From a virus (Duplodnaviria; Caudoviricetes): a stretch of DNA of 44,713 nucleotides. Numbering within the stretch: the stretch's first letter is position 1; each line of letters begins with the position of its first letter. Below, piece by piece: positions 1-6,934 of this stretch. Under the pieces are notes generated by a model. It had not been told where the DNA came from and searched no databases. It saw nothing but the letters and a program-made list of their open reading frames with translations. The stretch lies in the IMG/VR virus record IMGVR_UViG_3300043414_001003, positions 1 to 44,713 of that record; one strand, written 5' to 3'. Made by a program: the position numbers and the translations under genes.

Positions 1-1
1 C

Positions 2-229
2 ATCTACTATGGTATCAATATCATATCTACTTTGAAATGCATCATCAAAGGTAGTAGTGGGCCATGAATTTAGATCATCTTTTGTCATTATTTCTGCAAA
101 GTCTAAACTAGGATTAAAACAGGTAACTGTATATCCTTGTGTCTGAGCATATGCTTTTAATAGAGCAGGACCAATATGAGGTCCGCCCAACAGTAGAGGA
201 GGAATACTTATTAAGGCACAATCAATCAT
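2..229 (-). CDS. B12-binding-domain radical SAM protein, N-terminal part (runs off window start)
   Basis: Not in ORF track. ATG at 229 overlaps the stop of the upstream gene and reads MIDCALISIPPLLLGGPHIGPALLKAYAQTQGYTV..., resembling the N-terminus of cobalamin-dependent radical SAM enzymes. Frame is open to the edge. Confidence 0.65.
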   Translation of the reverse strand, partial: MIDCALISIPPLLLGGPHIGPALLKAYAQTQGYTVTCFNPSLDFAEIMTKDDLNSWPTTTFDDAFQSRYDIDTIVD

Positions 230-1382
230 ACATGAAACTATTCTTTGGAAACAACGTCAGAAAATTCTTATTTATTTTAGAATCATAGTCATCTAACCAA
301 TTTTTACCTTGTTGAATTACTTTCAAATCAGGTTCTAAATGACTCATGCTATTTGCTAATTTTATAACATAATCTTTATATTTTGCAAATTCTCCGTAAT
401 CTTGTGTTTTTATTATTTCTATTGCTTTTTGTAACCTAGAACCATAAGATTTTATATAAAAATAATCTGGTTTACCAACATAATTATAATGTGGTATATA
501 ATTTCTATATTTCTTGTTTTCCAAGAAATTCAAAATAGTATCAAGATATACAATATTTGTAACATTTAACGCAATATTACACCTTAGTCTTTTCATATTA
601 GGATGATCTTGAAATTTTTGCATAAAGCTGTCAAGGTTCTTTTCAAAAACATTCCATTTAAGTCCTGTTCTTACATATTCACCTTGTTCATGCACACCAT
701 CAATACTAAATCGTAAAAAGAATTCGTGACCACGGTCTAATAATGCTTGAATCTTATCTTCAAATTTAATTCTAAAATATTCACTAAAGTACATATTCGT
801 ACTAAAACTTATAATCTTGATTCCATCACTTAACGGTTTACTTAAGATTAAGTCAAAAAGTTGATCAAATTCTTTTGTTATCACTGGTTCGCCACCAAAC
901 AAACCAAATTCTTTGATGTCTTTATAATGAGTGTCTGCAAATTCTAATATTTTTTTAGATACTTCATCACCTCGATATTTACCAAAATGTTCTTCCCCAA
1001 TAGGAACATCTTGTTCCCAAAGGCTACTACAATTACTACTGCACATTATACATTTTAAATTGCAGAGATTACTAAATTTAATCTCAAGCATTTCTGGAAC
1101 TTTTAAAAAGTCTTGGTCTATTGACTTGTGCATTTTGTCACGCCCCATAGCTTGACGGTAACTGATTGCATTTGAATTTTCTGCATCCCAGCACCGAATG
1201 CACGTAGGGTGTTGTATATTATTTCTCAATGATTTTCGCTGATCTATTAATTCTGCATGATTGAAAAAGTTTAAATCATTTAATTTTTTATAGTCAGCCC
1301 TAGGGCAACTGCGCCACCAACCAAATCCAACATCTATACTATAGGTATACCATGGAAATTCACAATATGTGTTTGAATTCAT
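222..1382 (-). CDS. Radical SAM protein with N-terminal SPASM/twitch-like Cys cluster
   Basis: CNLKCIMC (CxxxCxxC), GGEP and SIDG motifs; N-terminal C...C...CIRC. Confidence 0.9.
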   Translation of the reverse strand: MNSNTYCEFPWYTYSIDVGFGWWRSCPRADYKKLNDLNFFNHAELIDQRKSLRNNIQHPTCIRCWDAENSNAISYRQAMGRDKMHKSIDQDFLKVPEMLEIKFSNLCNLKCIMCSSNCSSLWEQDVPIGEEHFGKYRGDEVSKKILEFADTHYKDIKEFGLFGGEPVITKEFDQLFDLILSKPLSDGIKIISFSTNMYFSEYFRIKFEDKIQALLDRGHEFFLRFSIDGVHEQGEYVRTGLKWNVFEKNLDSFMQKFQDHPNMKRLRCNIALNVTNIVYLDTILNFLENKKYRNYIPHYNYVGKPDYFYIKSYGSRLQKAIEIIKTQDYGEFAKYKDYVIKLANSMSHLEPDLKVIQQGKNWLDDYDSKINKNFLTLFPKNSFMYD

Positions 1383-1390
1383 TAATATAT

Positions 1391-2530
1391 TTATCTATTA
1401 AATAGATGCGGTAATACGGCGCTTGCATCTTGTTTGCGTTTTTTATCCAATGCAACTGTTATTTTTTTGAAATATTCTAATGTTTCTGGTAACGGTTCGA
1501 TGAGAAGTAATTTATATATATGTTGCATTTGAGTTTCATAATTTTTAAACACTGCACTGTTTTTTAAGAAATTCTCATATATTTTATCTCTAGCTGTACT
1601 TGGCATTACGTTTACTGCCAAGTAACTTGGCATAGACAATGTAATATAATTAATAGTAGTATTTGGAAATGCAGTTAACAATTGATGAATTTCAATCATC
1701 TGATGGATGTTTAGATTTTGCACTACTACATTAAATTTCAAATCAATGTTTTTAAAAGCATGAAATTTTTCTATGTTTTTGAAACAGTCATTGAATGTAA
1801 ATTTGTTTGTTCCTCTTATGTAATTATATACTTCCCCTATACCATCTACACTTACAATCAATTGTAATTTAGAAATTTTATGCTGTACACTATCTACCCA
1901 TTCTGGAACTACAGTGCCATTGGTTACAATTAATAATGTAATTTTTTCAGCATTCGGCAATTCTATTAACCTATTTACTAAAGTCTTTGTCTGTGGCATT
2001 ATTAATGGTTCACCACCTTTTAACTCTAGGTAAATTTTACCCTTAACATTTTTAATATGTAGTATTAATTTGTCAATATCATCATCTGAAAGTTGATATC
2101 CATCGAATCCTGTATCAGCATAAAGACCGTTTGCTTGATTAACTAATCCTATTTTATTTAAAAACCTATAATCACTATTCCATAATGAAGAATTACTTGG
2201 ACCACACATTCTGCATTTTAAATTACAGAAGTTACCCATACTGATATCAATCATAAAATCATGTGGTTCCTGCAATCCGGCTCTATCATAAAATTGTCTT
2301 TTACTTCTTAAATTTTTCTTTTCATCATCTTCACACCGTACACATCCTAAGGGAAATTTATCATTTAATAATTCTTCTCTTATTTCAATATATTTTTTAC
2401 TATTGGTAATATCGCTAAAGGAAACAAACTCAGTCACATGTTCCATTTTTTTCTTATATCTAGCACAAGGTCTAATATGTCCTTGTGGATCTATCCAAAA
2501 AGAATTTTTTGATGCGAAGCAATTAATCAT
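1391..2530 (-). CDS. Radical SAM protein with N-terminal SPASM/twitch-like Cys cluster
   Basis: CNLKCRMC, GGEP, TNGT and SVDG motifs; N-terminal C...PC...CVRC; paralogue of 222..1382. Confidence 0.9.
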   Translation of the reverse strand: MINCFASKNSFWIDPQGHIRPCARYKKKMEHVTEFVSFSDITNSKKYIEIREELLNDKFPLGCVRCEDDEKKNLRSKRQFYDRAGLQEPHDFMIDISMGNFCNLKCRMCGPSNSSLWNSDYRFLNKIGLVNQANGLYADTGFDGYQLSDDDIDKLILHIKNVKGKIYLELKGGEPLIMPQTKTLVNRLIELPNAEKITLLIVTNGTVVPEWVDSVQHKISKLQLIVSVDGIGEVYNYIRGTNKFTFNDCFKNIEKFHAFKNIDLKFNVVVQNLNIHQMIEIHQLLTAFPNTTINYITLSMPSYLAVNVMPSTARDKIYENFLKNSAVFKNYETQMQHIYKLLLIEPLPETLEYFKKITVALDKKRKQDASAVLPHLFNR

Positions 2531-3083
2531 TTATATACCATTGATTATCTTGCATTGGATCGATGCTTATTTCATTAATAGCAATATGTTTAGGTTGTTC
2601 TATCAACCATTTGATATAACTTGCTGCTACATCAATATCCAAACATTTTCTGTCTGGATGCTTTGTTTGTTTATTACTCATTGTACCAACACTAATGTAA
2701 GTGATTTTAGGCTTAATATCCCATACTCCACCTAATGCTAGTGTATTGCAATAATCTCTTAGTGCTTTCTTTTCTGCATTGTACAACCATGCTTTACCAT
2801 TTTTAACACGATCGGTTGTGCTACCAATACAAATAATATAAGGGTTATGCTTATGCTCAATACAAGCCTTATAGACCTTATCTAATAATACTGTTTGATT
2901 AAAATTATGCAAGGCAGAACAAATGATTATTTTGTCGTGTGAAATACATAAATCTGCAAATCTACTTTGATCTTCATTTTTAACTAAATCAAATCCAGTT
3001 GTTCTACTAGCGTAATTTGCATCAGGGTATAATTTTGCTAGTGAGTGTGCTAGTCCGTAATTTTTATTTCCAGCTATTAACAT
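2523..3083 (-). CDS. Short-chain dehydrogenase/reductase-like protein
   Basis: N-terminal IAGNKNYGLA Rossmann-like motif, IGS and catalytic YxxxK (YNAEK); SD AAGGA upstream. Confidence 0.75.
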   Translation of the reverse strand: MLIAGNKNYGLAHSLAKLYPDANYASRTTGFDLVKNEDQSRFADLCISHDKIIICSALHNFNQTVLLDKVYKACIEHKHNPYIICIGSTTDRVKNGKAWLYNAEKKALRDYCNTLALGGVWDIKPKITYISVGTMSNKQTKHPDRKCLDIDVAASYIKWLIEQPKHIAINEISIDPMQDNQWYIND

Positions 3084-3104
3084 ATAATCTTCCTTGTAAA
3101 AGAC

Positions 3105-3110
3105 TATTTA
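3105..3110 (-). promoter_or_regulatory. T4-like late promoter core (TAAATA) for the SDR/radical SAM operon
   Basis: Minus strand reads AATAAATAGTCTTTTACAAGGAAGATTATATG; the same hexamer precedes many genes in the window. Confidence 0.55.
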
Positions 3111-3136
3111 TTGGTTAAATTAAGTGGCAAGATATT

Positions 3137-3213
3137 TGGTGCCATAGGTTGGATTTGAACCAACAACACACGAATTTTCAGTCCGCTGCTCTACCAATTG
3201 GAGCTACTATGGC
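3137..3213 (-). tRNA. tRNA-Phe(GAA)
   Basis: Cloverleaf GCCATAG...CTATGGC-A-CCA; anticodon arm GCGGA-CTGAAAA-TTCGT. Confidence 0.93.
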
Positions 3214-3222
3214 AATATAAGT

Positions 3223-3374
3223 TTTCAAGCTGCTAGCTATCTGTCGTTACACAGCCTCGCTAGATTGTCTCGCATAAGAGAGTTTATACTACCTTATAAT
3301 CGTGTGCGGTGTCACACAGCCAACCCGAACTGTGCTAGATTATTTGGGACTCAATCTTATCGTCTAGCTTGAAA
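3223..3374 (-). ncRNA. Unidentified ~150-nt structured RNA between tRNA-Ser and tRNA-Phe
   Basis: Closed by a 9-bp stem TTTCAAGCT/AGCTTGAAA; internal hairpins (GCACAGTT/GGCTGTGT, CTAGC/GCTAG, ATAAG/CTTAT); no ORF. Confidence 0.5.
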
Positions 3375-3376
3375 TC

Positions 3377-3468
3377 TGGCGGAAAGCAGAGGAGTCGAAC
3401 CCCATCCCCGTTAAGAGAACCTGGTTTTCAAGGCCAGTCGCAGGACCATCCCCGCTGCATTACTTTCC
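3377..3468 (-). tRNA. tRNA-Ser(TGA)
   Basis: GGAAAGT...GCTTTCC-G-CCA; loop CTTGAAA; long variable arm; G73. Confidence 0.9.
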
Positions 3469-3473
3469 ATAAT

Positions 3474-3552
3474 TGGTACCCCGCCTCGGAGTCGAACCGA
3501 GAGAACTCTTCCTTTTGAGAGAAGCGACTTTGCCAGATTTGTCCAGCGGGGC
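3474..3552 (-). tRNA. tRNA-Leu(CAA), short variable region
   Basis: GCCCCGC...GCGGGGT-A-CCA; arm CTTCT-CTCAAAA-GGAAG; TTCGACT T-loop. Confidence 0.9.
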
Positions 3553-3618
3553 AGGAATGGGCTTCTCACCCAATTGGCCCTAGACGGACTGTCGATAGTT
3601 CTCTTTCACACTATCCTG
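3553..3618 (-). ncRNA. Small structured, tRNA-like spacer RNA of unknown function
   Basis: CAGGA...TCCTG termini, hairpin GATAGT/ACTATC and T-arm-like TGGG-TGAGAAG-CCCA; no anticodon arm or CCA. Confidence 0.35.
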
Positions 3619-3621
3619 ATT

Positions 3622-3698
3622 TGGTGCCCTAGGCGAGATTCGAACTCGCACTTGATGGCTTCTTAGACCATTGCCTCTACCAATTGCGCTACCAGGGC
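3622..3698 (-). tRNA. tRNA-Leu(AAG), short variable region
   Basis: GCCCTGG...CTAGGGC-A-CCA; arm ATGGT-CTAAGAA-GCCAT gives anticodon AAG; Leu-like D-arm and A73. Confidence 0.88.
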
Positions 3699-3707
3699 AT
3701 ATATGTA

Positions 3708-4024
3708 TTCAACATCCCATAGCCGGGATTCTGTTCTATCCTAACATTAATCTTTGCCACAACCCGAATCAATAGCGCAAGTGTTGCCTGACTCTGTTTG
3801 TGTTGCTTGTTGTATCTGGGTAGTTTAACGATAAGTTATACAATGAATTTTGTCAGTTTATTGTTCCACTGCGTCACAACGCTATGATAGTTATACTATC
3901 GCCCTGCTTGGTACCCTACCCATTATGCGAACACTTTGGGGTCAAACGGGATAACTTATCTCCTACACGCACTTGCCACAAGTCCCGAACTTCCTCTGTT
4001 GCCAGCGTTAGGTCGGATGTTGAA
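3708..4024 (-). ncRNA. rnpB: RNase P RNA (phage-encoded, compact ~317 nt)
   Basis: P1 TTCAACATCC/GGATGTTGAA; P2 CCTAACG/TGTTAGG; minimal P3 CTG-GCAA-CAG; CR-I GAGGAAGTTCGGGAC pairs (P4) with CR-V AACAGAATCCCGGCTAT; CR-IV-like AGATTAATG. Confidence 0.88.
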
Positions 4025-4028
4025 ATCT

Positions 4029-4105
4029 TGGGGTAACCAATGGGGAACGATCCCATTCTATCGCTTTCACAGAGCGAGGTGCTAAACCTTTACACTATGG
4101 TCACC
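4029..4105 (-). tRNA. tRNA-His(GTG) with encoded G-1:C73
   Basis: GGTGACCA...TGGTTACC-CCA; arm TCGCT-CTGTGAA-AGCGA; T-loop ATCGTTC. Confidence 0.92.
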
Positions 4106-4121
4106 GTAACTAAATATCTTT

Positions 4122-4862
4122 ATGTTTAAACCTAATCACAATTCTCATTATAAAAAATATGCTAATCAATCATTAGATTGGTTGACAATAGATACTAAAG
4201 AATTATATGAAAAAAATCTAAAAGACAAATATCAACTACTTAAAGATAATAATTGGATTGATAAATCTTTTACATATAAATTTAATTCTTATGGATTTCG
4301 CTGCGATGAATTTACTGATAAACCAACCATAATGTTTCTTGGTTGCAGTAATACATGTGGAATAGGATTGCCAATTGAAAATATTTGGCCCGAACTAGTT
4401 TCTAAAAATTTAAATATGCATTGTGCTAATTTAGGACAGGGCGGTGGTTCCAATGACACAGCTTTTAGATTATGCCATGGCTGGATAGATATCATCAACC
4501 CACAAATAGTTGTTTTGTTAAATCCCCCTGGCATTAGACTAGAAATAATAGATGCTGTTGTTATGCGGCACTTAACTCCTACTTGGATTCATAATACAGT
4601 TACTCACTATCAATCTTTTTTGAAGGACTGGTCTAGGGATGATAATAACAATTATTTTAATACTTTAAAAAACAAGCTAGCAATTGAAAATTTATGCAAA
4701 GCAAGAAATGTTAAATTTGTATTTTTAGAAAGTGATGAACTCATCCAAATGCAAATGGATTTATCTAAATCGTTGGGATACTTAGATGCAGCAAGAGATT
4801 TAGGGCATCGAGGGGTATTGACTCATAAAAAATTTACTGAGTATGCTTTAACTAAAATATAA
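4122..4862 (+). CDS. SGNH/GDSL-hydrolase-like protein
   Basis: Block I FLGCSNTCG, block II NLGQGGGSND, C-terminal DLGH. Confidence 0.65.
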   Translation: MFKPNHNSHYKKYANQSLDWLTIDTKELYEKNLKDKYQLLKDNNWIDKSFTYKFNSYGFRCDEFTDKPTIMFLGCSNTCGIGLPIENIWPELVSKNLNMHCANLGQGGGSNDTAFRLCHGWIDIINPQIVVLLNPPGIRLEIIDAVVMRHLTPTWIHNTVTHYQSFLKDWSRDDNNNYFNTLKNKLAIENLCKARNVKFVFLESDELIQMQMDLSKSLGYLDAARDLGHRGVLTHKKFTEYALTKI

Positions 4863-4864
4863 AT

Positions 4865-4943
4865 TGGTCTGTGCGGTAGGATTTGAACCTACGATTTCTC
4901 ACTTCCAAGGCGAGTAGATTAAACCAGACTTTCTCACACACAG
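4865..4943 (-). tRNA. tRNA-Pro(TGG)
   Basis: CTGTGTG...CGCACAG-A-CCA; arm CTCGC-CTTGGAA-GTGAG. Confidence 0.9.
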
Positions 4944-4950
4944 ATAAACT

Positions 4951-5027
4951 TGGTGGACACATGTGGGATTCGAACCCACGACATCCTACTTGCAAGGCAG
5001 GCGTTCTTCCAACTGAACTAATGGCCC
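4951..5027 (-). tRNA. tRNA-Ala(TGC), one-base bulge in acceptor stem
   Basis: GGGCCAT/ATGTGTCC-A-CCA with G3:U70; arm CCTGC-CTTGCAA-GTAGG. Confidence 0.88.
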
Positions 5028-5035
5028 ATAAATAC

Positions 5036-5110
5036 TGGTACCCAGTGTTGGTTACGATCCAACTACAGCCGCCTTATCAAGACGGTACCTCACCATTCGG
5101 TCTACTGGGC
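5036..5110 (-). tRNA. tRNA-Ile(GAT)
   Basis: GCCCAGT...ACTGGGT-A-CCA; arm CCGTC-TTGATAA-GGCGG; T-loop ATCGTAA. Confidence 0.88.
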
Positions 5111-5137
5111 AATAAATACATAAATAAAGGTTAACAC

Positions 5138-5914
5138 ATGCATCCATATGCCAACATTGCTTATGCAACTTTAAAATTGTCATTTGACAAAGAATTATTT
5201 GTCAAAGAGTATGATGAATATATATTTCCTGCTGCTAAACCATTCATCCCGATAACAGAACAATGGCACAATATGCGAAGGCTAAATCCAAAATGGCATA
5301 TTTTATCAGACAAAAAATTCAAATATTATAACAATAAAATCATTGAAGGTAATTCATCCTTTGACGGAATTACACACCAATGGAATATGATTAATCTTAT
5401 GCAAGCTGACGGCGACTCCCCGAACGGAGGTGGAGCAAACTGGAGGTATCAAAATCTGAATAACACTAAACGCTTAAAACCACAATTTGAAAATCTTGAG
5501 ATTGTTAAGTGGATTTATTCTACCTTGCCACATACATCCATAACGGGTATACACTGCGTAAGCATAGAGCCCGGCGGGTTTGCAACTATACACCGCGATG
5601 CTCGTTGGTTAGGAGATGGCCCAAACCCTGCTAGCAAAAATGGATATTATAACAATGGATATGTAATAATAAACATTAATATCAGTGATGGGGGCGTTCC
5701 GTTATTATGGTGTTTGGATCACGAACAAACTAGCCCTAAACAAGCTAACAATGATTGTTATCTTATTAGCGATTATTTTTTACATGCCGTGCCAGAAACT
5801 TTTAGTAGACGCCGACAAATAAGAGTAAGTATGATACCTACTACTGAACTTTTTAATTTAATTGATGAATCCAGTAATGTTGTAATACCTAAAGACTATT
5901 CTTTTATAGCTTAA
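5138..5914 (+). CDS. 2OG/Fe(II) oxygenase-like (cupin/DSBH) protein
   Basis: IEPGGFATIHRD (HxD) and distal FLHAV...RRQIRV. Confidence 0.65.
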   Translation: MHPYANIAYATLKLSFDKELFVKEYDEYIFPAAKPFIPITEQWHNMRRLNPKWHILSDKKFKYYNNKIIEGNSSFDGITHQWNMINLMQADGDSPNGGGANWRYQNLNNTKRLKPQFENLEIVKWIYSTLPHTSITGIHCVSIEPGGFATIHRDARWLGDGPNPASKNGYYNNGYVIININISDGGVPLLWCLDHEQTSPKQANNDCYLISDYFLHAVPETFSRRRQIRVSMIPTTELFNLIDESSNVVIPKDYSFIA

Positions 5915-5922
5915 ATACTATT

Positions 5923-6084
5923 ATGAAAACCTACAAGAATATTACTCCTGGAGGCTTAAACTTTCACCTATCATTGATTGATGGTGTTTGTTGTATGATT
6001 GTATATGATAGATTCTTTTGTGAGTATCAAATACAATATTTTACTAATATCAACAAAGCATTACGCTTTATTAATAATCTTTGA
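5923..6084 (+). CDS. Small hypothetical protein (53 aa)
   Basis: Not in track. MKTYKNITPGGLNFHLSLIDGVCCMIVYDRFF...NNL*; TAAATA 5 nt upstream of the ATG; fills the gap to tRNA-Met exactly. Confidence 0.6.
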   Translation: MKTYKNITPGGLNFHLSLIDGVCCMIVYDRFFCEYQIQYFTNINKALRFINNL

Positions 6085-6085
6085 T

Positions 6086-6161
6086 TGGTGGTAATAGTTG
6101 GACTCGAACCAACGATAGACTGCGTATGAAGCAGTTGCATTAGCCACTATGCTATATTACC
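6086..6161 (-). tRNA. tRNA-CAT (elongator Met or Ile2)
   Basis: GGTAATA...TATTACC-A-CCA; arm ACTGC-TTCATAC-GCAGT; lacks initiator features (G1:C72 paired, no three consecutive G-C pairs). Confidence 0.88.
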
Positions 6162-6278
6162 ATATTGAAATACACTGGATGTAGCGATGATCGTTACCTC
6201 GGCTGAACCAGCCACCCTAGGAGTGCTGTAGTTCTCGTTCAGGCTCAACTACTAACGGCTTACAGTATACTTCAATAT
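6162..6278 (-). ncRNA. Stem-closed structured element A (~117 nt)
   Basis: 16-bp terminal helix ATATTGAAGTATACTG/CAGTGTATTTCAATAT; both deviations are G-U pairs only on the minus strand; GC-rich interior. Confidence 0.55.
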
Positions 6279-6283
6279 AGTCA

Positions 6284-6366
6284 CCATATAGAAACACACT
6301 AGCTTGCAAGACTACTATTAACTCCACGGGGATGCCGCTGTCAATAGGTAATGTGTTTTTATATGG
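6284..6366 (-). ncRNA. Stem-closed structured element B (~83 nt)
   Basis: Terminal helix CCATATAAAAACACATTA/TAGTGTGTTTCTATATGG with one mismatch; begins at the CCA of tRNA-Thr. Confidence 0.5.
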
Positions 6367-6437
6367 TGCTCCTTACTGGTAACGATCCAGTGTCTATACA
6401 TTACCAATGTATTATAATACCTTTATACTAAAAGAGC
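6364..6437 (-). tRNA. tRNA-Thr(GGT)
   Basis: GCTCTTT...AAGGAGC-A-CCA; arm ATACA-TTGGTAA-TGTAT; T-loop ATCGTTA. Confidence 0.88.
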
Positions 6438-6441
6438 AAAT

Positions 6442-6518
6442 TGGTGCGTCCGGAAGGATTCGAACCTCCGACTCCTAAGTTCGTAGCCTAGTACTCTATC
6501 CAACTGAGTTACGGACGC
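6442..6518 (-). tRNA. tRNA-Arg(ACG)
   Basis: GCGTCCG...CGGACGC-A-CCA; arm CTAGG-CTACGAA-CTTAG; canonical D and T arms. Confidence 0.95.
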
Positions 6519-6524
6519 ATTAAT

Positions 6525-6599
6525 TGGAGTCGCATACGGGTTTCGATCCCGTCTAGTCACCTTGAAAGGGTGATGACCTCACCAGAAGTCTAATGCGAC
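6525..6599 (-). tRNA. tRNA-Glu(TTC)
   Basis: GTCGCAT...ATGCGAC-T-CCA; arm TCACC-CTTTCAA-GGTGA. Confidence 0.9.
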
Positions 6600-6609
6600 A
6601 TAATAAAAC

Positions 6610-6668
6610 AGGATAGCATTTTTTTTTCATAAACATTGAAAGTTTTTTTGATTTGCTGTTGCTATCCT
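6610..6668 (-). other. Stem-closed spacer element with A-rich loop
   Basis: 9-bp inverted repeat AGGATAGCA/TGCTATCCT enclosing ACAGCAAAT and poly-A tracts (minus strand). Confidence 0.4.
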
Positions 6669-6673
6669 AAAAC

Positions 6674-6747
6674 TGGCAGGGGCACTAGGGATCGAACCTA
6701 GGCTCACAGATTCAAAGTCTGTTGTGCTACCATTACACAATGCCCCA
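6674..6747 (-). tRNA. tRNA-Gln(TTG)
   Basis: TGGGGCA...TGCCCCT-G-CCA (U1:U72 mismatch); arm ACAGA-CTTTGAA-TCTGT. Confidence 0.92.
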
Positions 6748-6776
6748 ATAAATTTGTAACACACTATTTCTAATGT

Positions 6777-6846
6777 GTGTATTAAAGCACTCTACATGGG
6801 TGCGTACCCACTTGTCACCTTTCGGCTAGAGAATGCTTTAATACGC
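6777..6846 (-). ncRNA. Stem-closed structured element C (~70 nt) in operon leader
   Basis: Helix GCGTATTAAAGCATTCTCTA/TAGAGTGCTTTAATACAC enclosing two mini-hairpins (GCC-GAAA-GGT, TGGGT-ACGC-ACCCA). Confidence 0.5.
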
Positions 6847-6901
6847 TTAGATTTTTCACACTACAAATAGTGATTCATCCCTAAGGCCGCCCATTCGCCC
6901 A

Positions 6902-6934
6902 TGTTTAAAGTGCAGGCTAGGATCTCGTTTCCTA
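6902..6934 (-). promoter_or_regulatory. boxB/boxA-like antitermination element
   Basis: Hairpin TAGGA-AACGAGA-TCCTA followed by TGCACTTTAAACA (rrn boxA consensus TGCTCTTTAACA). Confidence 0.4.

Noticed and set aside
3377-3468. Selenocysteine or opal-suppressor tRNA (GGAA start, long arm, unusual D-arm)
   Set aside because: The anticodon reads TGA (Ser), not TCA, and the acceptor stem is 7 bp.
4883-5134. 83-aa plus-strand ORF
   Set aside because: It is the antisense of tRNA-Pro, tRNA-Ala and tRNA-Ile.
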